Assembly: GCA_043800255.1 (NCBI GenBank)
Contig: JAZDNF010000009.1
Location: 224,001-288,000, forward strand
DNA from: Candidatus Altiarchaeota archaeon
GTDB taxonomy: Archaea > Altiarchaeota > Altiarchaeia > IMC4 > SCGC-AAA252-I15
Length of the DNA: 64,000 nt
Reading direction: 5' to 3'
This document shows positions 28,529-36,358 of the stretch, piece by piece. The position numbers were made by a program, and so were the translations under genes. Each line of letters starts with the position of its first letter. Within the stretch, counting starts at the first letter, position 1. The notes under the pieces are model-generated. The model made no database searches. It saw only the letters and a program-made list of their open reading frames with translations, and was not told the DNA's origin.

Positions 28529-28813
28529 TCACTCGTTTACTTCCTCTTTGACCTCTTCTTTCCCTGCAGCCAATCCTTCAACCTGCTGTTTGTCCCTGTT
28601 CAGTAGCAGAGTCTGGAATTCTCCAACATGCGTCTTCTCCTCTTTAGCAACATCTAGGAGAATCGCTCTTATGTTCCCGTCCTGTGCCAGCGCAGCCATC
28701 TGCTCGTACAGGTTCACCGCATCCAACTCCGCTATTATAGCGGTTCTCAGTATCTGCCTGTCAACATCCTCCTTATCAACATCCCCAAGGATTACAGGTA
28801 TCTTAGACAACAT
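28529..28813 (-). CDS. Stand-alone encapsulin-cargo-type ferritin-like protein (rubrerythrin/EncFtn-like)
   Basis: Start MLSKIP at 28813 after SD GGAGGTGA; LRTAIIAELDAVNLYEQMA...VAKEEKTHVGEF. Confidence 0.85.
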   Translation of the reverse strand: MLSKIPVILGDVDKEDVDRQILRTAIIAELDAVNLYEQMAALAQDGNIRAILLDVAKEEKTHVGEFQTLLLNRDKQQVEGLAAGKEEVKEEVNE

Positions 28814-28878
28814 ATCAATCACCTCCAAACACCTATTGTGACTGCTGATAAAAATAGCTTCTGCACATTTATCAGCTT

Positions 28879-29091
28879 CTATATCAGAAGAGGGATGATT
28901 AGTAGGTTCCAGCCGGCGGCAAGACTTGTCTCGTATTCGACGGTGGGGGTTATTCCCTTTACCGCCGAATAGGAGAGGTTGCTCACACGGATTACGCTGC
29001 CGTCGTCTATGCAGGTTATGCCCGACGAGGTGACGCCTGTGCTGTTGCCGAGGCATGACGCGAAGTCTGTTTCCACTGTGGCGTTGCACAA
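28879..29091 (-). pseudogene. Probable 3' remnant of a surface-protein gene
   Basis: Cys/Thr/Ser-rich fragment ending SLAAGWNLLIIPLL, resembling the L-x-x-GWNL-I-S-P surface-protein motif; no signal peptide or convincing start. Confidence 0.4.
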
Positions 29092-29182
29092 GAGGAACGG
29101 CGGCGGAAGAGACAGGAACGGCCGAGTCTCACTCGCCGCGCTAAACGGGAAATAATCAGGGCCCCCAGTGATTTTCCGCCGT

Positions 29183-29231
29183 GTTTCAGTTTTTCTTTCG
29201 GGTGTTTCACCCGATCATAATGTCTGTTTCA
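29183..29231 (+). promoter_or_regulatory. GTTTCA triple-repeat operator/promoter, copy 2
   Basis: GTTTCA at 29183, 29204 and 29226 (21 and 22 bp spacing) with divergent spacers. Confidence 0.8.
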
Positions 29232-29260
29232 CCCTAGAGTGTAGGGAGGTGATTTACGAG

Positions 29261-29728
29261 ATGGAAAGGAAGATTGGGATTGTTGCCTTGATGGCCTTGC
29301 TGGCTTTTGGGCTGGTCGTGGCCGTCAACGCGACAGACGATGCGGAAGATGCTGGCAAGAGAGGTTTCCTCCACCGCGGACCCTGCATGGGAGAAAAGCA
29401 GGGCATGAACGCTACCGCGCTCTTAGAAGGCCTCGGATTGTCTGAGAATGCAACGCCTGATGAGGTGAGGGAGGCGCTCTGGCAGAAGAGGCTTGAAGGG
29501 TTAGGCCTTGGTGAGGAGTCTACTGTGGGCGAGTTCCACGCTGCCGTGAAAGCCGAAATGCAGGAGAGGCGTCAGGAGATGCTGGAGAAACTTGGGCTAG
29601 GCGAAGACGCCACACCCGAGGAAATCCGGGAAGCTAGGAAAGCCTACTGCAAGGAAAACCCGGATGACTGCCCGAAAAGGATGAGAGGAGGCTTCGGACG
29701 CGGCATGATGGAAGGTTTTAGGATGTAG
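29261..29728 (+). CDS. Secreted helical Met/Gly/Arg-rich protein (Spy/CpxP/ZraP-like composition)
   Basis: SD GGAGGTGA; signal peptide; three LE(G/K)LGL repeats; tail RMRGGFGRGMM. Confidence 0.7.
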   Translation: MERKIGIVALMALLAFGLVVAVNATDDAEDAGKRGFLHRGPCMGEKQGMNATALLEGLGLSENATPDEVREALWQKRLEGLGLGEESTVGEFHAAVKAEMQERRQEMLEKLGLGEDATPEEIREARKAYCKENPDDCPKRMRGGFGRGMMEGFRM

Positions 29729-29736
29729 GTAACCTC

Positions 29737-29811
29737 GTGGGCGTTTCCAGCGCCATCTGGCGGCACAAAAACCAATGGGATTGATTTAGCGCGCCAGGCT
29801 GGAAACCCCAC
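29737..29811 (+). other. Long intergenic stem-loop
   Basis: GTGGGCGTTTCCAGC pairs with GCTGGAAACCCCAC; inner CTGGCG pairs with CGCCAG. Confidence 0.6.
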
Positions 29812-29822
29812 AACATGTTAAC

Positions 29823-29930
29823 ATGGATTATGAGACGATAACCCTGTGGGGTTTGATACTGTATGGGGTCTGGATATTCGTTGATTACAGGATTAGGAGA
29901 TTAGGTATACAACGCAGAAGTAACGTCTAA
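29823..29930 (+). CDS. Putative 35-aa single-TM microprotein
   Basis: Manual translation MDYETITLWGLILYGVWIFVDYRIRRLGIQRRSNV; hydrophobic core followed by an Arg-rich tail. Confidence 0.4.
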   Translation: MDYETITLWGLILYGVWIFVDYRIRRLGIQRRSNV

Positions 29931-29938
29931 AGTGAGGT

Positions 29939-29994
29939 GTTTCAGTTTCTGTTACAAGTGTTTCAACAGAGGATAACGTCTGTTTCAACTATGT
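29939..29994 (+). promoter_or_regulatory. GTTTCA triple-repeat operator/promoter, copy 3
   Basis: GTTTCA at 29939, 29960 and 29982; near-identical to 26175-26230. Confidence 0.8.
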
Positions 29995-30015
29995 TCTTAG
30001 AAAGGAGGTGCTATT

Positions 30016-30438
30016 TTGGAAAAGAAATTGATAACTCTATTGGGCGTTTTTGTCCTAGTGGCAGGATGCCTTAACCTTGATGATAAAAGCCAAGATGAGC
30101 CTGAAGCGGAGGTGAACGCATTAAGAGAGCACGTCCAGGAGGTCGTTAGAGAGCAACTGAAACCGGAGGAGAATAATCTGCCGGATAATGCCACCCAGGA
30201 GAGGATAATAGAAACCATGCGCGAACGCAGGGGAAACATCAGCCTAGAAAATGGCACCGCCTGGAGGGACATGGGAGGGAGTGTGTTTGAAGGGCGAAAC
30301 CTCACGGACGAGGAAAAGCAGAAACTTATAGAAGAGTTCATGAACAAGGATAATAAAAGTCAAGGTATGCGCGGCAGTCATGAACGACCTGAGGGTATGC
30401 CAGGTCCGATGTCTGATAAAATAATGAAGGAGGAATAA
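30016..30438 (+). CDS. Lipoprotein-like hypothetical protein
   Basis: SD AGGAGGTG, TTG start, LVAGC lipobox, Met/Gly-rich tail. Confidence 0.7.
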   Translation: MEKKLITLLGVFVLVAGCLNLDDKSQDEPEAEVNALREHVQEVVREQLKPEENNLPDNATQERIIETMRERRGNISLENGTAWRDMGGSVFEGRNLTDEEKQKLIEEFMNKDNKSQGMRGSHERPEGMPGPMSDKIMKEE

Positions 30439-30439
30439 G

Positions 30440-32227
30440 ATGAAGAGGAACGGTTTAGTAATGGCATTGATCGTCTTTTGTATTGTATTATCAGTCAGCG
30501 TATCGGCTGCAACAACGTCTACGAGCTCTTCCACATCCATCGAGCCGACGAACATTGTCGTGGATTTTGACTCGACGTCTTTTGACTCGAGCCTGAGCCC
30601 GGGCGACAGCGGGATAATGAACCTGGTCATAAAGAACACAGGAGGATACAGGGCCGATACCTTGCAGGTCTACATTCCGAGCTCGGCGACAGTTAACGCC
30701 GACAAAAGATTTTATGTGGGCCGGCTGGATGCCGGAGGGTCGAAGACCCTCCCTGTCGTGATAAGGGTAGAAAATAATGCGAAGACAGGATTGACTGCGG
30801 TCAACATTCACATAACATATAACGGCTATAAGGCAGATGGAAGTCAGGAGAACAACCTGCTTACAAAATGGGATGTTCCGCTGAGAATCTACGGAAAACC
30901 ATTATTCCAGCTGACTCCGACGAAGACTACATATTATAAGGACAACCTTGATGAGCTGACCCTTGAGGGGACATTGCTAGCATCGGTGAAGGACTTGGAG
31001 TCCACGTTATCATCAAGCTGTCTTACGATCATAGGCTCGTCAAAGAAATACCTGGGCAACCTCAAGGCCAATGAAAAGTTCAACATATCCTACCAGATCA
31101 AGCCATCTGCAGAGGGGGCCTGCACTGCATCAACGTGGATTGAGTACACTGACGAGTCCGGGAGCACGGCGTCGAGGAACATAACAGTCGGGTTGAACAT
31201 CGAAAGCGCTGGTGTGGATTTCAAAGTTTTGAACGTCAGCTACAAGCCAACCGGGCCTGGAGAGACCGTAAACGTTAAGGTGGCGCTGAAGAACGTCGGG
31301 GAAGCGGACGCCAAGGACACCACCTTGAGCCTCACCCTATCCGAGCCATTCGTTCCAGTGGATACTGCAGAAAAATATGTCGGCACCGTGGAAGGCGGCG
31401 AAACCTTTGAAACAGGATTCGACATAGCTGTCGCATGGGACGCAGAGATACAACCCTACTCGATACCTTTGAACATAACCTACAAGGTCGGCGGCACCTC
31501 ATACAGCGTGAAAAAAGACATCGGCATAGACGTTTCAGGGCAGATAATCCTTGAGGTCATAAACGTCCAACAGGCAACCAGGTCGCTTCAGATAGAGGTT
31601 GCGAACATTGGCACAAGGACCGCGGAAGGCGTGAAGGCCATACTCACAACCCAGGAAACGGAGAACAGAACATTTGCCCGCCAGCAGACAACGGGAGCTG
31701 GCACCCAGCAGAGACAGACAGCAAATCCGCTGAACATGCTGACTGGGCGAGGAGTGCGTACAGGAGGCCAGCAGCAGGCGCAGAACCGTTCCACAATCTC
31801 CCAGACTGGCGGAACCCAGCAGATGGTGGAGTACAAGTCTGACATCAAGCCGACAAAGCAGACGACCTTCACTTTTGAGACCACAGTCTCAGGACCGATA
31901 ACCCTGACGCTTGAGTACACTGGCTTGAACAATGAGAGGGTGACGCAGACAGAAGTCTTGTCCGTCGGCGGGACGATGTCTGCCGGCACTTTTACAGGCG
32001 CACAGCAGACCAGCGGAACAAGCACGACAGCTAGGATAGTCTACGCGGCAATCGCCTTACTGCTGATTTGGACAATCTACAGGCGATACAAGCGTGAGAA
32101 GATTATACCCGGATCTGTCAGAAAGCGCATCCCTAAGCAGACGATGGAAAAGGTTGACATATTAGGGGAAAAAATAAACCATGCGCTCGGCAGATTGAGT
32201 AAAAAATTCAGCAGAATAAAGGGATAA
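30440..32227 (+). CDS. COG1361 S-layer-domain family protein (ABC-associated)
   Basis: Signal peptide; Ig-like repeats with PG...L.(I/L)KN.G motifs; Q/T/G low-complexity insert; C-terminal TM. Confidence 0.8.
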   Translation: MKRNGLVMALIVFCIVLSVSVSAATTSTSSSTSIEPTNIVVDFDSTSFDSSLSPGDSGIMNLVIKNTGGYRADTLQVYIPSSATVNADKRFYVGRLDAGGSKTLPVVIRVENNAKTGLTAVNIHITYNGYKADGSQENNLLTKWDVPLRIYGKPLFQLTPTKTTYYKDNLDELTLEGTLLASVKDLESTLSSSCLTIIGSSKKYLGNLKANEKFNISYQIKPSAEGACTASTWIEYTDESGSTASRNITVGLNIESAGVDFKVLNVSYKPTGPGETVNVKVALKNVGEADAKDTTLSLTLSEPFVPVDTAEKYVGTVEGGETFETGFDIAVAWDAEIQPYSIPLNITYKVGGTSYSVKKDIGIDVSGQIILEVINVQQATRSLQIEVANIGTRTAEGVKAILTTQETENRTFARQQTTGAGTQQRQTANPLNMLTGRGVRTGGQQQAQNRSTISQTGGTQQMVEYKSDIKPTKQTTFTFETTVSGPITLTLEYTGLNNERVTQTEVLSVGGTMSAGTFTGAQQTSGTSTTARIVYAAIALLLIWTIYRRYKREKIIPGSVRKRIPKQTMEKVDILGEKINHALGRLSKKFSRIKG

Positions 32228-32228
32228 G

Positions 32229-33416
32229 ATGCTGGACATAGCTTTTAAGAACGTCTTCCGCCAGAAGGCGAGGAGTCTTCTCACCGTCTTAGGCATCGCC
32301 ATGGGCATCGGATTGATACTCATGCTCGGAGCCATAGGCGAGGGACTTAACAGGCAGATCAAACAGTCTTTCGGAGACATAGCCGCAGTGGTTGACGTGA
32401 GGGCGTTCGACAGCGAGGATGGCATAACGGACGACATGATAGAGGATGTCAGGGACATCGAGGGAGTCACCGACGTCATACCCATTGGAGAGTATCGGAT
32501 TACGAGGGGGGGAAACAGGGGCTTCGGAGGGATGATGTTCATGAGGGCGGGAGGCGGGTCGTCCTCGAACATAGCATTCACAGCCCTAAATCCTGAGGAC
32601 CAGGATTACCTGATTGGCGAAAAAATACTTGAAGAGGAAGGCCGCAAGCTAGACACCTCAGACGACGGCCAATATGTCGTCCTATTAGGGCATACCACTG
32701 CCGAAAACCAGTTTCTGAATGTCGGCGACGAGATAGAGTACCAGCGCAGAGTAGACAACGGCGATGAAGAGGATGAGACTGAAAGCTTCTACTTCGAGGT
32801 TATCGGAATACTGGAGGAGACTGGAGACTCGAACATAGACGAAGCGGCCTATGTGCCACTCTCAACGATGCAGGATCTGGAGGACGATGACACGATAACG
32901 CAGCTCAAGGTTAAGATAGACGACATCAACAACGTGGAGACGATAACGCAGAGCATAGACGACCTCTCGGATGAACTGAGGGCTATGTCGCCGCTGGAGA
33001 TGGTGCGCCAGCTGGAGTCAACACTGGGGACGATAACGATGGCAGTCTACGGCATCGGCGCAGTATCCATCATAGTCGGCGGCATCGGAATAATGAACAC
33101 GATGATAATGAGCGTCATGGAGAGAAGGAGGGAGATTGGCGTGATGAAGGCCATCGGCGCGACAACGAGTAACATACTAACCCAGGTTCTGGAAGAATCC
33201 GCGCTGCTGAGCCTGGTAGGGGGCTTCGCCGGGCTGGCATTAGGTTACACGTCAATAATGCTCGTAAAGACTTACACGAGTTTCACGCCGGTATTGACGC
33301 TCAAATTAATCGTGTTGGGTTTCTTGTTCTCGCTGATATTGGGTATGGGCGCCGGCCTCTATCCTGCATGGTCTGCCTCTAAACTGGACCCGATCGAGGT
33401 GCTAAGGTATGAGTGA
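32229..33416 (+). CDS. MacB/FtsX-like ABC permease
   Basis: RSLLTVLGIAMGI, VGGIGIMNTMIMSVMERRREIGVMKAIGA, DPIEVLRYE. Confidence 0.93.
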   Translation: MLDIAFKNVFRQKARSLLTVLGIAMGIGLILMLGAIGEGLNRQIKQSFGDIAAVVDVRAFDSEDGITDDMIEDVRDIEGVTDVIPIGEYRITRGGNRGFGGMMFMRAGGGSSSNIAFTALNPEDQDYLIGEKILEEEGRKLDTSDDGQYVVLLGHTTAENQFLNVGDEIEYQRRVDNGDEEDETESFYFEVIGILEETGDSNIDEAAYVPLSTMQDLEDDDTITQLKVKIDDINNVETITQSIDDLSDELRAMSPLEMVRQLESTLGTITMAVYGIGAVSIIVGGIGIMNTMIMSVMERRREIGVMKAIGATTSNILTQVLEESALLSLVGGFAGLALGYTSIMLVKTYTSFTPVLTLKLIVLGFLFSLILGMGAGLYPAWSASKLDPIEVLRYE

Positions 33417-34086
33417 CGGCCAGATACTCTGCAAGGACCTGATGAAAGTCTACAATCCGGGGCAGCCTAACGAGTGCCGGGCAGTGAATGGTATCAATCT
33501 TTCAATCGAACTGGGAGAATATGCCAGCATCATCGGCCCGTCAGGCTCTGGCAAATCCACCGTCCTCAACCTTATCAGCTGTCTTGACACTCCGACTGAG
33601 GGGGAAGTCTACATCGAGGGTGTTGGTATAAGTTCCCTTAACGGGTTCGAGAAGGCAAAACTCAGGAGGGAGAAGCTCGGCTTCGTGTTCCAGCAGTTCA
33701 ACCTGATCAGGAACATGACAGCGTTCGAGAATGTCGAACTGGCCATGCGCTTTAAGGGCACTCCCGCGAAGGAGCGCAAGGAGAGGGTGACAGGGTTATT
33801 ATCCATCGTGGGCTTAGAGCACAAAGGAGATAACAAGCCTGCCGAGCTCAGCGGCGGCGAGCAGCAGCGAGTAGCTATTGCAAGGTCTTTGGCTAATGAC
33901 CCGAAAATTATACTGGCAGACGAGCCTACAGGCAACCTGGACACGAAAACCGGGGAAAAGATTATGGCGCTGCTGACCCGACTCAACAGGGAGGAGAACA
34001 AAACCCTTATTATCGTCACCCACGACCAGAGAATCGCCAAACAAGCAAACCGCACCATAAGAATCGTGGACGGAAAGATAGCCTAA
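33409..34086 (+). CDS. LolD/MacB-type ABC ATP-binding protein
   Basis: GPSGSGKST, LSGGEQQRVAIAR, ADEPTGNLD. Confidence 0.95.
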   Translation: MSDGQILCKDLMKVYNPGQPNECRAVNGINLSIELGEYASIIGPSGSGKSTVLNLISCLDTPTEGEVYIEGVGISSLNGFEKAKLRREKLGFVFQQFNLIRNMTAFENVELAMRFKGTPAKERKERVTGLLSIVGLEHKGDNKPAELSGGEQQRVAIARSLANDPKIILADEPTGNLDTKTGEKIMALLTRLNREENKTLIIVTHDQRIAKQANRTIRIVDGKIA

Positions 34087-34108
34087 AAGTTAGTACAATT
34101 AAACGGGT

Positions 34109-34441
34109 TTAGTCTTTCGGCCTCCATTGGTATACTTCATCATGGTGCAACGAACACCATTGTGTTCGTGCATGCGAATTCCAGAGGAATTCGCCATGGT
34201 CGTAGTAGTGGACGTCGACTATTTTGTTTTCGTGGTCGATTTTGAAGATTAGGACGAAGTGGGTGTCGATGTGCACTCGATTGAATGTTTGCAGCGGTTT
34301 CCGCAGATACTTGTATTTGTGGAACGGGTTCCGCCTGATCTCCGCAATCTTCTTGTCGATTATTCTGAGCTGTCCTGTGTTCTTCTTCGCCAGTTTCCTG
34401 AATATTCTGTCAGCCTCAGGTTTAACGCTCAAGGAGTACAT
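34109..34441 (-). CDS. RelE/YafQ-family toxin carrying an in-frame palindromic insertion
   Basis: KKIAEIRRNP, YKYLRKPL, RVHIDTHFVLIFKI; C-terminal DH...HDEVY split by 17 extra residues. Confidence 0.85.
   Translation of the reverse strand: MYSLSVKPEADRIFRKLAKKNTGQLRIIDKKIAEIRRNPFHKYKYLRKPLQTFNRVHIDTHFVLIFKIDHENKIVDVHYYDHGEFLWNSHARTQWCSLHHDEVYQWRPKD
34141..34199. repeat. Double-hairpin (REP/RPE-like) element flanked by CATGG direct repeats
   Basis: TGCAACGAACAC-CATT-GTGTTCGTGCA and GCGAATTCC-AGA-GGAATTCGC lying between CATGG at 34141 and CATGG at 34195. Confidence 0.7.
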
Positions 34442-34443
34442 CC

Positions 34444-34677
34444 TCAGCTTAGACCGTATCTCTTGGCAAAGTCGTCGACGCGGATGCTTTTCTGCCTGCT
34501 TATCGACCTAATCTTTTCGACAAATTCGGGTTTAAGTTCAGGTTCGCTCTCGTACTCTATAAATTCATTCACTATATGCTCTATAGCTTCACCTTTGTTT
34601 TTCAGACCGTACCTAGCCTTAACAATATTCAACACCCTGTTCGTATTCTCGCCTATCTGAACCAGCGCATTAACCAT
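34444..34677 (-). CDS. DUF2683-family antitoxin
   Basis: MVNALVQI...NRVLNIVKARYGLKNK..AI, ELKPEF; immediately upstream of the toxin. Confidence 0.82.
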   Translation of the reverse strand: MVNALVQIGENTNRVLNIVKARYGLKNKGEAIEHIVNEFIEYESEPELKPEFVEKIRSISRQKSIRVDDFAKRYGLS

Positions 34678-34687
34678 CTTATAACAC

Positions 34688-34702
34688 CTAAGTAATACTT
34701 AG
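34688..34702. promoter_or_regulatory. Perfect inverted repeat, likely TA autoregulatory operator
   Basis: CTAAGTA-A-TACTTAG between the TATA-like sequence and the antitoxin start. Confidence 0.6.
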
Positions 34703-34771
34703 TATAACTAATATATAAATGAACTAGAGGATTAACCAACCTGCCGGCTCCGAGACCGTTAGCAGACTATG

Positions 34772-35389
34772 TCAGAGGCCAAATCTTTGGTTGACCTTCC
34801 GCACTGCTTCAGAGATGTCTTCTTGTGAGAGTATGGCTGATATCATTGCCACGGAGTCTGCGCCGGCATCGATGACTTCCTGCAAATTTTCCATTATGAT
34901 ACCGCCGATGGCGACACAGGGCACCGCGACAACTTTCTTCACTTCCCTTATGAGCTCGACTCCCGCGGGTTCTCCTGCGTCAGATTTTGTCGATGTCGAA
35001 AAGACAGGGCTCATGCCCAGGTAGTCGGCTCCCCTGCGCTCGGCGTCCCGGGCTTCTCTGACATTATGAACTGTTACTCCGATAACGCTCTCTCGGCCTA
35101 ACAGCCGCCTTGCGATCTCGATTGGCATGTCATCCTGGCCCAGGTGGACGCCGTCCGCTCCAACTGCTAGTGCAATGTCAACCCTATCGTTTACCAGAAA
35201 TAGCACGCCAGCTTCCCGCGTAATATCCCTCAGATTTTCAGCCACCCGTAGCATCTCCCCTGCAGGAAGTTCCTTCTCACGGTACTGGACGACCTTTACG
35301 CCGCCTTTTACGGCGTCCTCGACAGTGGATTCGACAGACTTCTTCGACAGCTTCCGGTCTGTTATAAAGTAGAGGCCTCTCAGATTCAT
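34772..35389 (-). CDS. thiE: Thiamine-phosphate synthase
   Basis: LYFITD, VQYREK, VNDRVDIA, GVHLGQDD, STSTK, AIGGI. Confidence 0.95.
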   Translation of the reverse strand: MNLRGLYFITDRKLSKKSVESTVEDAVKGGVKVVQYREKELPAGEMLRVAENLRDITREAGVLFLVNDRVDIALAVGADGVHLGQDDMPIEIARRLLGRESVIGVTVHNVREARDAERRGADYLGMSPVFSTSTKSDAGEPAGVELIREVKKVVAVPCVAIGGIIMENLQEVIDAGADSVAMISAILSQEDISEAVRKVNQRFGL

Positions 35390-36192
35390 GCTAGTGTTAT
35401 CTTCTGCATTTTTCTCAGCTTGTCTCTGTCAAGATTATAAATCTCGTCGTAGAACATCTCCTTGTAGGAGCCAGGGCCTCTGGCTTTTTCTGAGGCTAAT
35501 TCCCCGGCTATGCCGAAGAACGAGAGCGCGGCAGCGGAAGCTAATGTGTAATCCTTTTCAACGGCTGCGAATGCTCCTATCACTGAGGCGACCATGCAGC
35601 CTGTCCCCACTATGGAGCCCATCATGTCGTGGCCGTTGTCTATCAAGTAGGTTTTCCTGCCGTCGGAGACCGCATCCTGCTTGCCGGTTATGACGACAAC
35701 ATTCTCGATTTTTTTTGCAAGCGTCTTCGCAATCTCCTTCGAGCTCTTGCCTGCTGAGATGGCTTCCACGCCCCTGGTCTCGGCCTTAATTCCGGCCAAT
35801 GTCGCTATCTCAGAGCTGTTACCCTTGAGTATGTCAACCTGCAATTCGTCCAGCAGCCTCTTGGCGCTGTCGGTCCTCAGGTCTGTCGCCCCGACACCCA
35901 CGGCATCCAATACTATGGGATGCCCCAGTTCGTTAGACTTCTTCCCTGCGAGTATCATGCTTTCAATAAGTTTTGGAGTGAGAGTCCCGATGTTCAGGAC
36001 AAGCGCTCCCGCAATGGAGGTCATCTGCTCGACTTCCTCCTTAGCGTGAGCCATAACCGGGAGAGCGCCGACCGCCCTCACGATGTTCGCGCAATCGTAG
36101 ATTGTAACCCAGTTGGTGATGTGGTGGACGAGCGGCTTCTGCTTTCTTATCCTCTCGTGCAATCCTCCGATGTCGATCTTCTCAGCCACCAT
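35386..36192 (-). CDS. thiM: Hydroxyethylthiazole kinase
   Basis: PLVHHITNWV, GALPVMA, LNIGTL, KGNSSEI, VGTGCM. Confidence 0.95.
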   Translation of the reverse strand: MVAEKIDIGGLHERIRKQKPLVHHITNWVTIYDCANIVRAVGALPVMAHAKEEVEQMTSIAGALVLNIGTLTPKLIESMILAGKKSNELGHPIVLDAVGVGATDLRTDSAKRLLDELQVDILKGNSSEIATLAGIKAETRGVEAISAGKSSKEIAKTLAKKIENVVVITGKQDAVSDGRKTYLIDNGHDMMGSIVGTGCMVASVIGAFAAVEKDYTLASAAALSFFGIAGELASEKARGPGSYKEMFYDEIYNLDRDKLRKMQKITLA

Positions 36193-36358
36193 ATATCACC
36201 TGGATTACCTCAAGCCGGTCTTTTCCAGTGACCTTCTCGCTCTCCGGCGCGAGTGTCCCGTTCTTCGCCACAACAACAGTCTCCCTGTTGATGCCGAGCT
36301 TCTGCAGCACGTCTGCTATAGTCCTACAACCTTTATAGTCTTTGCAGTCGACTCTCAT
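36182..36358 (-). CDS. ThiS/SAMP-like ubiquitin-fold sulfur carrier (58 aa, missed by the ORF track)
   Basis: Manual translation MRVDCKDYKGCRTIADVLQKLGINRETVVVAKNG...DRLEVIQVIYGG*; ATGA overlap with the ftr stop. Confidence 0.85.
   Translation of the reverse strand: MRVDCKDYKGCRTIADVLQKLGINRETVVVAKNGTLAPESEKVTGKDRLEVIQVIYGG

Noticed and set aside
29100-29140. GC-rich hairpin with a GAA internal loop as an archaeal SECIS
   Set aside because: Geometry does not match the GAA/A plus short G-C stem consensus, and I found no in-frame UGA selenoprotein candidate in the window
29939-29994. Diversity-generating retroelement TR/VR pair with 26175-26230
   Set aside because: Both copies are intergenic, the mismatches are not confined to adenines of one copy, and there is no reverse transcriptase in the window
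22616-34702. Integrated mobile element or prophage
   Set aside because: Accessory-looking content and a TA pair, but no integrase, transposase, tRNA att site or viral genes seen
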